A DNA stretch of 64,000 bases from Lama glama (lineage: Eukaryota). Below are positions 53,810-64,000 of the stretch, piece by piece. Made by a program: the position numbers and the translations under genes. Location of the stretch: contig CM052817.1 in assembly GCA_028534125.1 (NCBI GenBank), positions 24,616,001 to 24,680,000 of the forward strand. Reading direction: 5' to 3'. The notes beneath the pieces were generated by a model. That model was given only the letters and a program-made list of their open reading frames with translations. It made no database searches and was not told where the DNA came from. Within the stretch, counting starts at the first letter, position 1; each line of letters opens with the position of its first letter.

Positions 53810-54186
53810 CAGCCCCCAACGCGTGACTCCAGAAGTGGGCAGGCGCCAGCGGCGGGCGGACTCACCACCCTAATGGTGTTTGCTTTTCTCCTGTGTAAAC
53901 CACATGATGGTTGCAGAGGATTTGCCCTTTGCTTCGCTGTTGCTCTTTTATCCAAAGAGGAAGCAAGTTCTGATTGTGCTCAGTAACAGAAGGCACTGGA
54001 CCGCTGAGTTCTCACCTTTAAGCCAGTTGTTGTCAAAATGAGGGGGAAAGAAAGAAGATAGACTGCTCCTTTTGAATTTGGTTTTACTTCAGAAGAGCCT
54101 GTATTTTTTCCCCATTTCCATGTATTGCTCTGAACGTGGAATATTTCCTTTTTGCACCTGGGAAAGGGAAGAATTGCTCACTCAAA
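53810..54186 (+). promoter_or_regulatory. Candidate alternative promoter / non-coding 5' exon of PGCKA1
   Basis: Non-repeat sequence with a small CpG cluster and GC box (gcggcgggcgga ~53849-53860), and a donor-like CAAA|gtaaga at 54187, about 3.6 kb upstream of the first coding exon. Inference only. Confidence 0.3.
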
Positions 54187-56922
54187 GTAAGAAGTGGGTG
54201 TGGGAGTGACACGTGAAGAGAGTACTGAATCGAAGTTGATATTAGGAATCATCATATAAGGAAGAATAATTGTAGAGCTGGGCAGGCAGGAGTTGGGTGT
54301 AAATACATTAGTCCCCACCCTTTTCGTCAGCGGTCACTCAACCTTGGACGTTAGAGCCTGTCTCACTGAGAGAAGGAATGTCGCTGGGGAAGGAAAACAG
54401 GGCGGTGTGAGAGCGGGCAGAAGCTCTGAGCTGGAAGAGGCTGGGGAGAGCACGGAGCATGGCCCTCAGGTAGGGGACCTGGTCTGTAGGAAACCCCTGC
54501 GGTGCCCCCTAAAGGGAGGCAGTAGGGGTGGGGTGAGGGGACCCAGAAACTTGATTTGAAGGGGCAGAGCCATCAAAACACCCTTTATAATTACATGGCT
54601 TTGAAGAAAAATATAAATCCTGTGGTTTTCCCGGGGAAAGTGGGGGGTGAGGGTGCCAAAGCCACAGACGACACGTCAGTTCTCTAAGAAACAGAGAAGT
54701 GGAGGCTCTCCAGCTGGGCTGTAGATGTTAGCAGTCACCTCAGTTTCATGCACGCTTCTCGGTGGCCCTGGCCACAGAGGGTGGGGACGGGCTCTCCAGC
54801 TACGGCCTGGAGCAGGCGCCCCAGGGTCGGGTTGACCTTGCTCAGCCTCAGAGACTCTGGGAACAGCTCAGGGTGTTGCTCAAGATGAGCCTCTTTCTTT
54901 CTTTCTTCCTTTCAGAAGAAAACCTTCCCCACCTACCACTCTGGAACCTACCATCCTAAAGTTGACTTACCTGATATTTTTCAGTGATTCATTATCTCAC
55001 GATTGCTTCAGCGTTATCATGACCTACAGTCTGCCCTCTCTCAGACAAGCCAAAGCTGCCCTTTTTTTTCCTTTTCTTTGTCTTTTTCTTGCCACCTATC
55101 CTCCTGACTATTACTGTTGTCTTTGTTTTTAAACGGAGTCCAAGATAAATAAAAGTACTGTAAGAGTGGAAAGGGGCCGGATTTTAGAGCAGGTGGGGGA
55201 AGGGGAGGGGAGAAGGGGCAGGGGAGGGCTGGTGGGAGAGGAGAGGGGTCAATGGAGGGGAGGAGGTTGTAGGTGGTGCTCTTGAACCTGTTTGTCCAGC
55301 TGATACGTGAGTTATTTGCAGAAAATGGGCCCGTGGGGAGCACAGGCTGGGAACAAAATCCGGGGCTTGGGAGGCAGGGTAATGTCACTGAGAGTGCTTT
55401 GAGGATGCAAAAGGTCGGGCACACATGCTACTGGCTAAGCCCCCAATGATGTCTCTCTCTGTGGAACTCTTGTTGCACCTGGGGTTTGTGTCTGTCACTT
55501 GGTGCCACCGTTGATAGAAATATCCCATTTGGCCTTTATTCCAGAAACAAGTGTTACCTGGTGTTGTTAAAGCTGTTGTTTGTATGTGTGTGTCATGGCA
55601 ACTAGATGACCTCTTTCTTAGGTGCAAAGCTGCCACCTTTTTTTTTCAACATGCTGTATCCAGATAGAGCTGAGAAACAAATGTATGCTTATTATGAATT
55701 TTAACTTGTATAATCCCCAACAAGGCTGTGTGGTAGATATATCATTATCCCCATTTACAGAAGAAATAGCTGAGGCCGAAAGTTTCACAGCAGAGCTGGG
55801 ACCTGAACCAGATAATCCAGGCGATCTCCCCATCTCAAATCTGCAGTCACATCTGCAAAGACCTTTTTTGGTCATATGAAGTAGCAGACACAAGTTCCAG
55901 AGATTAAGACCTGGATATTGGATGTCTTTTGGGAGGCTATTTTGCAGCCCTCCATAGGAGGTTACTTGTGGGTTTTATTTATTAATGTAAATCGAGTTTC
56001 CTCTAACCACCCAACTAGTCTATACTTCTTAAAAGGCACCAGTCATTTTCTCTGTGGATAAAGTCTTATGAAGTATCATCCTGGGAAATTCATCCATGAT
56101 TGAAGAAAGGAAGGAAAGAGAACAGAGTCCAGCAGTGACACAGCCAGTGTCATGATGATCCGCTCTCTGCTGAGCACACGCATCTTCTGGAGACAGAGGG
56201 ACTGGTGCTTTAGATTCTGTCACTGGCTTGTCTTCTTGAAGGTTGTAGCTCTTAGAAATGGAAGATGACGTAAAGATTCTTCCACACTAATTTTTAGGAT
56301 TTTCAGAGAACAGACCAGAACAGCATGGTCGGTTTGACATGAAGAGAAGGTTTTATTCAGAGAGCAAGCATGAGGAAAAATGCAGCTTGGGAAAGGTCAG
56401 GGGACAGTGGGCAAGTTAGAAATGAAAGAAGCACAGACATGAATCTGTGTCCCCAGGGAGCCCGAAGGGGCGTGTCCTTGAGCTGCGAGAAAGTGGAGAC
56501 ATGGAGACCATGGGTCATAGATGGGATTGGCCCATGATGGTAAAGGCAAAACAGGAGCGGTTTAGTCCAGTTGAAGCTTGAGCTGATGAGTCCGGCTGTG
56601 ACCTCCTCGGGTCTGGAACAGGGAACTCATAGGTCAGCTGCCGCACCTTGACCTTTAATACTGGAGTAGCTAATCCCTCCACTCTCTTACACCACCTGCT
56701 GCCACATGCGGACTGGTTACATCCATGTCCCCCGTAGAGGGCAATGGAAGAGAAAACACTCAGATCCTTTTCAATTCCACTGTTCTTCCACCAGCGTTCT
56801 TCAACCTGCATTTCCTCATTTGCAAATGGAGATGACATATAGAACTCCCAGGGTTGAGAAAAAGGTCTGGCACAGAGACAAGTGTCAATTAATGTTTGAA
56901 AACTCTGAATTGGTGATTCAGG

Positions 56923-57653
56923 TTTTTTCATTTTTTATTCTTTTTGCTGAGATATGTCCCCTCTATACCCACTTCGGTAAAAGTTTTTATCGTGAATGAT
57001 GTTAAATTTTATCAAATGCTTTTTCTGCATCTATTGAGATCATCATGTGGTTTTTGTCCTTTCTTTTGTTGATGTGGTGTATCACATTGATTGATCTGCA
57101 TATGTTGAACCATCCTTGTGTCCCTGGAATGAATCCAACTTGATTGTAGTGTATGATCTTTTTTATGTATTGTTGTTTTCTGTTTGCTAATATTTTGTTG
57201 AGAATTTTTGTATCTGTGTTCATTAAAGATACTGGCCTGTAATTTTCTTTTTTGGTAGTATCTTTGTCTGGTTTTGGTATCATGGTGATCCTGGCTTCAT
57301 AGAATGAGTTTGGGAGTGTTCCCTCCTCTTCAGTCTTCAGAGAGAGTTTGAGAAGGATTGGTGTAAGTTCTTCTTGTGTGTTTGGTAGAATGCCCTGGTG
57401 AAGCCACCCAGTCCTGGACTTTTGTTTGCAGGGAGGTTTTTTTTAGTCTATTTCATTTCTAGTGATCAGTCCATTCAAATTATCTATTTCTTCTTGATTC
57501 AGTTTTGGTGAACTGTATGTTTCTACAAACTTATCTGTTTCTTCTAGGTTGTCCAATTTGTTGCCATGTCATTGTTCATAGTGTTCTCTTATGGTTTTTT
57601 GGTATTTCTGGGATATTGGCTGTAATTTCTCCTCTTTCATTTCTTATTTTGTT
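56923..57653 (-). mobile_element. Internal L1 ORF2 (reverse transcriptase) fragment
   Basis: ORF 57002-57283 [34 protein letters not shown]...[14 protein letters not shown]...[11 protein letters not shown] is the canonical L1 RT N-terminal region. Confidence 0.95.
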
Positions 57654-57860
57654 AAATCAGTGATTTTAGATACGTAAAGGTGTTCTGGGTCACCAGTGCC
57701 CTCCTCAACACACATGTTATCCTTTTGCCAAAAATTATAACTCTACCAACTTTGAGTCTCTAGGAAAGAAAATGCAAACTTAATTCCTACTAAAATGTCA
57801 TTCACTCTGTTCTCCCCTTTTTATGCTTTCTTTTCCAGATGGTAACAAAAAATAATCCAG

Positions 57861-57892
57861 ATGGGGTGCAGGTGCTGTAAAATGTTACAAAG
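57861..57892 (+). CDS. PGCKA1: PGCKA1 (C4orf19) first coding exon, MGCRCCKMLQ plus split Ser codon
   Basis: ATG GGG TGC AGG TGC TGT AAA ATG TTA CAA AG|gtaaag, donor at 57893. A polypyrimidine tract and ttttccag acceptor end at 57838. It joins in phase 2 to the next exon to give MGCRCCKMLQSYLFDPVQVPSPGYVNEV, matching the recalled human C4orf19 N-terminus (MGCRCCKIIQSYLFDPVQVPSPGYVNEV). Confidence 0.93.
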
Positions 57893-58938
57893 GTAAAGTT
57901 GAAAAAATACCTATTCCAAATGGAGGAATTCGTGATTACCATGGAGGCACTTTTAAAGACCGTACATGGATTCAGTACATTTATCCAGCTTGGGGCATGA
58001 CCAGCATTGCCAGGACATTGAGTTTGGAACTGCTTTAATATCATTTAAAAGAACATGAGATCTAGAGTTTTTTTAACTTTTTTTTTGCACAATGTCCAGA
58101 GTATGTTGGGAACACTGCCTTTCTCTGTGGCTGGTTTTTGTTTGGATTGAATTTGCATTTCCGCAGAGAACTTCAATGCAAAGAAAAGCTTGGGATTTAG
58201 AAGATGCCTGAAATGACGTCACTGAAAATAAGTCACCCCAGTCACATATATGCTTTTAATTTTGTCCAGATTCTATTTCATAAAAATTTGGGTAACATAA
58301 ATATAATTCTACATAAAATAAAGAGGAAAAATTAACTGATGATTTTGCTTCCTTAACAAGTAAAACTACCTGTATTATGTTAGTTCTATTCCGTATCTGT
58401 GTCTATGTTTATGTATTGATAGATCTAGATACACACATGTAATACATACATAAATTTTATTCCACTATAATCATAATCTGATTTTAAGCTTTGTTTTTAA
58501 AAAAAAAAGTCTTATAAGTATCTTTCATACAAGTCCAGGCTGCATATTTATTATTTTAATGACTATAAATATTCTTCTGAGGGGTTGTACCATCAGTTCT
58601 TAGCCACTTATTTTCCTGTCATTGGGCGTTTGTTTTATTTATTGCCTTTTTTGTTTTTTACATTTCATGAACCACTTTGTTCTTTACCTTCTTCCAGCCC
58701 CCTTTCGAGTCTCTTCCTGAGATCTGTGTCCAGTGGTAGAACATTTTTATACCAACTGTATCTGATTTAGACACACAAATATGCTTGAAAGAGTAACTAA
58801 TCATGGAAAGTAAGTTAACGGGAGAATGGAAAGCAGCAGAGCCTGCAGTAGGAAGTATTAATGAAGGCAGTTATTTATAAAGGGATTAATAAATAAAATT
58901 GCTTAATTAACCTGACTGATCATCATTCTCACCCCCAG

Positions 58939-59866
58939 CTATCTCTTTGATCCAGTTCAAGTGCCCTCCCCTGGTTACGTCAACGAAGTAAGCAGCTGCA
59001 AGGTAGATGAAGACGACACTGTCAAATTAAAAGGCAAGCAGAGCAGGGAAGTCCTGGTGCATAGAAATGACCTTCCGAGCGAGGACGCGAAGACGACCGC
59101 GAGCAGAAGCGGGACGGCCGGTCCGCTGGAGCCCTGCTGGCCGCACGGAGGACCGCTCCTTCAGGGGGACCCCGGAGCGAGTCCCTGTGCCGAGAAGGCT
59201 GGCGGTGCCGTCAATGGCATCGGCCCCACTGCCGCCCTGCAGCTCACTGGGGACCCAGCCCACCCCCAGGGTGACGGGGGCTCCTGGGCCAGTACCGCCA
59301 ACGGGGTTCGCCCGGCTCAGCCCTACCTTGAAGGGGGCAGCGCCAGCGAACCGGACCGTGTGCTGCCGGCCTCAGAGGAGACCCGAGTCAGCCCACCTGG
59401 GGACTCCAGAGCGCCTCCCAAGGCAGAACATCCTGCCCGGGAAGCACAGGACCACGTCCTCCAGATACCCGCCCCGGACTACCCTCGGCTCCGGGGCTCG
59501 GCTGAAGACGACGCTGATCACGGAGAACAGGATTGTCTTTTCAAGAGCCGCGCTGGGGAGGAGCCCCGGGAGGGCGTTCAGCCCAGGGCGGGGGACCACG
59601 GGATGAATATACCCTTCTCCGTGAAGAGAAGCTGGGATTCATTAAACGAGGCCGTGGCAACTGAAGTTCTAAATGTCTACTTTAAAGAGGAGGATCCAGC
59701 TCAGGACGTGCCTGTGGCTGATTCGAGAAACGGGTTGGAGGAGGGCCCGGGCTCCAGTGGAGACAGGAGCGGGCGGCTGGAGGCGGAGGAGGACGCAGAG
59801 GTGGCCGAAGCCCTTGCTGCGCTAGAAGCAGCGACTGCAGGAGAAGATGTGGACGAGGCCGATTAG
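58939..59866 (+). CDS. PGCKA1: PGCKA1 (C4orf19; PDCD10 and GCKIII kinases associated 1) last coding exon
   Basis: Branch-like ctgac near 58912 and acceptor cattctcacccccag|C at 58939. The frame is open to TAG at 59864-59866. 32+928 nt = 960 nt = 319 aa plus stop. Motifs QIPAPDY, PFSVKRSWDSLNE and C-terminal VAEALAALEAATAGED match the recalled human protein. Confidence 0.95.
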
Positions 59867-60711
59867 GGGAGGGGATGTGCGCAGGCATATAAACTGGCGT
59901 GGCCCTGGGGCCTGTGGGGATGCGTCTGCTCCTTAGACGCAGAGCGGACAGTCTGCCGCACGCACGCACGGGTGCAGCCTGAACAGGGGTTGACACCCAG
60001 CATCTGTTCTGATGGCTGCTAGTGCCTGCGTCAGGCCGCGTGCTAAACATGGACAGGACCACTGTCTGGATGAGCTATCACTCAGGATACCAGAATGCAA
60101 GTCAGAGTGGGCCACCGTGCTGGGCTGCACAGCATGCGTAGGGATTAACCAGCCTGCTCCCCCGCCCGCAAAGCTCCCCCAGAACATCTGGTGCGGGTGT
60201 TCTTGAGGATGCGCTGAAGTCCCAGCACTTAATCCCACGGTCACAGATTCGCAGAACATTCTGTTTGACTGTAAATTCTTTATCTTGCTTTTGAGAGCCA
60301 AACGTTATACCCAGCCTGGGAAAGGTAACTCCCACAAAGTGCCTAATGTATCCTCCCCAGAGCATGGCTTACCTTCAGGGACAATCACCCAGGGAACTAA
60401 TAACTAACCACTCGTTGTTGGACAGAGAGTTAAGCTTAGCAGCTGTCAGTGGAGCAGGAGCCACCCATAAACAAATGGTTAGTCATTAGCTGTGACAGCA
60501 AGACACCTTGACCTTAACTTTTTTACATTATTACTTTTTCATCTCCTTTGGGATTTGGGGGTACAGTCAAAATCGTTCTTTAAACTGTTTATGTCCTATT
60601 TGGGTTTTAAGTTCATGAGATTTGGATGAGCAAAGAGATAGATGGAGTGTTTTGTGCCATGTAACGTCTGATTCTGATTAAAATGTAAGAACACATGTGT
60701 CTGTGTGTCTT
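59867..60711 (+). other. PGCKA1: PGCKA1 proximal 3' UTR with candidate poly(A) site
   Basis: Follows the stop codon. ATTAAA at 60677-60682, CA dinucleotides about 10 nt later, then GT-rich tgtgtctgtgtgtct near 60697-60711. A further AATAAA lies at 61683-61688. The real 3' end cannot be fixed from sequence alone. Confidence 0.4.
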
Positions 60712-61449
60712 AACTAGAATGTGGTTCTAATTTTCCAAGACTGAGCATTAGTGAGCCTTGATGTTTCTTTGAATGTAAAGAGCTAGACTTTTAAATTATA
60801 GTTGAGGAAGAGACTAGGTTGGTTTGCTAAGAATGCTTTGGCTCTCTGGAGTTCTAACTCTTGGTGTCATGACTACATGTACAGATCTTATCTTAAGAAT
60901 GAACAGCTTTCTCTGAGTTTCAGCTTTCTAATTTATAAAAACAAGGACAGCTATTCTGACATGGCTTAATGGAGAATTTAAAGATGGTCAAGACTACCTA
61001 GAAAAATATGAACGTGGACGATGTTTTATTATGTATGGTGTTCTGTAACACAGGCTCTGAAATCTGACTGACCTTGGTTGAATTTCCAGCTTTGCCATGT
61101 GACCTTGGACAAGTATCCTTCTATTTGCCCATCAGTTAAGTGAGAAGAATAATAGTATGTACTTCTAGAAGTTGTCATAATGTCATCACTCCATTTTGGT
61201 AATTATTAAACATAAAACATGATTTCTGAGCCTTCCAACATCTTTAAGGACAACACCCTTACAAATGCTTAACAGACATACATTTCTCTGGGTTTGCTTG
61301 ATGACAAGCCATCACTACATCAAGATCACTTTGAGCCCTTAAAGGATAAACGTTGGCATTGTTAATTGCATTTTTGGTTTGCTTGCTATTGTATTTAGTA
61401 CACCAAATACTTACTGTTTCAGAGTCATTCCTTCACCAATTTCCAAGTG

Positions 61450-61936
61450 TATCTGTTGGGATTAGGTCCAGCTGCATGTGCTAAATGAGTTATAAAAATA
61501 GAGATTTATTTATCTCTTACATGAAAGAAGTCTGGAGGAAGCAGTCCAGGCTGGTAGAGGATTCCACAATATCAGCAACTTATTCTCTTTCTATCATTTG
61601 GCTTCCTTCTCAAGATTACTGTATGGTCCACAATACCTGCTGGGGTTCCAGTCATTACAATTGCTTTCCATGCAGGAAAAAGAATAAAGGGTCAGAAGAT
61701 CTCACTCCTTCTCTATTAAGGACCTTCCAGAGGTATAATTCAATCCTTCTGCATATACCTCATTGGTCAACCAAATCTGGTTACTTGGTCACATCTAGCT
61801 ACCAGAAAGGCCAGGAAAACTTACCTTCCTAGCTACGAGCATGACTCTCCCAACTAAATTCAGGATTCAAGTACTGAAAAGGTACGGAGAATGGACATTG
61901 AGTTTTGAGATGGTCTGCTTATGATCTCTGCCACAC
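61450..61936. mobile_element. Old MLT1-type LTR remnant
   Basis: gatttatttatctcttacatgaaagaagtctggaggaagcagtccaggctgg...ggtcacatctagctaccagaaaggccaggaaa...tctctgccaca. Confidence 0.55.
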
Positions 61937-63034
61937 CAGGTACTCAAAACACAAAAGCCCGGGGTACAGCCAATTTGCAAGAGGCTGAAAGACATTGTTT
62001 ACATTTAGTCTGACACAGAAGGAATCTAAATCTAAATCTTTGGTTCAAGGAGGAAGGACTGAACAGCCGTAGCCATCCCAGCTTCCCCCTGGCACCTCCA
62101 AAACAGAAGCATGAAGGAAGAAGAATCAGACAAGAGAAGGGTAAGGTGAGGTATCCACACAGACAAGTCTCTTTCCCTGGCGCAGAAACATACTTCTGCA
62201 TTGAGCTATGTACCTAATTTTACATTTTAGGACTGCTGCAGAGAGTTCACCATGATGAGTAGCTCTCAAGCTCTTAAAGATTCTTTTTGTGTGAATGACT
62301 GCTTTAGAAATGTTAACAGAACACCAAGAATTTCAAGTGTTTTTATTTTGTTTTTTAAAGCAATTCTGGCCCCATTAGTCTCTAGGCCAATATCTAGGCT
62401 CCTCCAAAGGATGTCAGAGGAAAAGTCAGAATCTTTAGGTTGCAAAAAGACTCCAGATTTTAGCCTTATTCCTCAGGTTATCCAGCAACTGGCCGAGCCC
62501 CCTGATCTGTATAATGTCTTCCATCTGCAGCCTGGTGTCACCCCTAATCAGAAAAATGATGCTGATAAGAGTGACACTTTTCAAACATTCTGGACAGCTG
62601 GATAGCTCAGATGCACTCTGAATGTGAGGCGCTGGCTGTGGTTAGCAGTGGGCCTCACCTTCTCCATGATCTTAGCAAAGAGCACCACGTGGATATTTAC
62701 CATCCTAAATCTTGATTTTGATGTAAGATTTTTTCTATATTACATATGGGTTTCTTGGGCTAAGTAGTTACATTTCAGTTTTAACTGGGGAAAATTGAAC
62801 TATCATATAAATATGAAATTAGATATCTTCCCCAGATTTCCAGAGCAGATGGTAGCATATTGTTATAACTGTCAAACCAGACCCCGCCACGCACACCAAA
62901 GAATGAAAAGAATTTGAGGTTCTTAGCACCTGCGCATTGGTCCACATTCAGTAACTGTTAGCCAGTCACCATTTTCCTCAGTCTTCCTCTGCTGTGGACC
63001 CTACAGGTGAGATTATCTCTTTTCTTCTTTCTTT

Positions 63035-63245
63035 CTAATTTAGTTACAGTTGATACACAGTAGTATAAGTCTCAGGTGTACAACATAGTGATTCACAAGT
63101 TTATACTCTTTTTAAAGTTATTATAAAATATTGGCTGTATTCCTTTGCCATCTAATATATCCTTGTAGCTTATTTATTTTATGCATAGCAGTTCATAACT
63201 CTTATCTCCTGCTCCTACCTTGCCTCTCCCCACCGCCCTCCACTT
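63035..63245 (-). mobile_element. Short L1 3' end
   Basis: tctcaggtgtacaacatagtgattcac...agttattataaaatattggctgtattcc. Confidence 0.75.
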
Positions 63246-64000
63246 CCCTTGCATTTCTTAACTCCTCCATCGGTATCTCTCAGCAGGAGGCCTTAGGAAG
63301 AAGGAAGGAGGCACCAAGGGCAAGGACGTAAACACAGATCTCCGGCTTCCTTAGTTCTGTTATCTGTGTGCAGACGCAGGAATGCAGTCCCTCAGCCTCT
63401 GGTCTTGAACTTGGACTTCACTCTTCACCAAGCGGAGGCTCCTATTTGTATGAGTCTTCATGATGAAAATGTGGACATTCTTGCTTTCTGTTTATTTTGT
63501 TTTTTCTAGATTACTCCTCACTCATTTTGAAATCTATTTTACTGCTGGTGATAATTAAACAGAGAAAACTGGCATTTGTTTTTCATGGTAAACACTCTGT
63601 TGATTTATGGAAATAAGTTGCTCATTTTCTAAATTCGTAAGTTTCTCAAATGTGTCAGATTATAGTAGACATATCTAAACTACTGACTTCTGAAGCACCC
63701 TCAGCCACTTTAAGAGACAATATTTTAGGCAGATTTATTCAATATGCTGATTACAGATGATTCTTACCAGCATATTCAAGTCAGGTGCTTGGAGTTGACT
63801 ATTAGCAATTTTATGTCAACAAAAGTGACTATAATCAAAAGTACCTTTCTCCTAGATGGAGGAGGGCGTGTGACACAGGTGAGAACTCAGTACATGATTT
63901 GTTCAATGAAGGAATAAAAGCTCTTCACATATAGTGGAAGAGACACCATGCAGCGAACTAAGATTCTGAATGCTAGTTATGAAATTGGAAAATGTTGTGA

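Noticed and set aside
57002..57283. Reverse transcriptase ORF as a novel RT system (retron/DGR-like)
   Set aside because: Canonical mammalian L1 ORF2 sequence, fragmentary, with no associated array or template repeat.
58961..58963. ORF-track start of the 301 aa protein
   Set aside because: It is an internal GTG (Val); the true ATG is at 57861 in the upstream exon.
59027..60365. Alternate-frame and antisense ORFs (e.g. 179 aa at 59067-59606) over the PGCKA1 exon
   Set aside because: Expected from stop-poor GC-rich sequence; no recognisable domain or splice support.

Overview
Mammalian genomic DNA, probably camelid (inferred from three vic-1-like tRNA-derived SINEs and artiodactyl-type L1 ends). 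It is not prokaryotic: I see no operons, CRISPR arrays or rRNA. The only protein-coding gene I can support is PGCKA1/C4orf19 on the + strand: coding exons 57861-57892 and 58939-59866, 319 aa, starting MGCRCC. The ORF track misses its true start. The preceding ~57 kb is repeat-rich non-coding DNA, probably a long 5' intron or upstream region. It holds a disabled RPL39 processed pseudogene (- strand), a near full-length Tigger1, many L1/L2/MIR/MLT1/MER remnants and two exactly 500-N placeholder gaps. I cannot support a wholly new biological system here. The best leads are (i) a ~330 bp L1 whose 5' UTR is fused to its 3' UTR at an apparent splice junction, (ii) a tandem CAG|ATG arrangement giving an out-of-frame uORF over the PGCKA1 start, (iii) candidate PxxDY and LD-like motifs in PGCKA1, and (iv) several atypical L1-machinery footprints. 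Gene and repeat family names come from recalled sequences, not database searches, and repeat boundaries are approximate.
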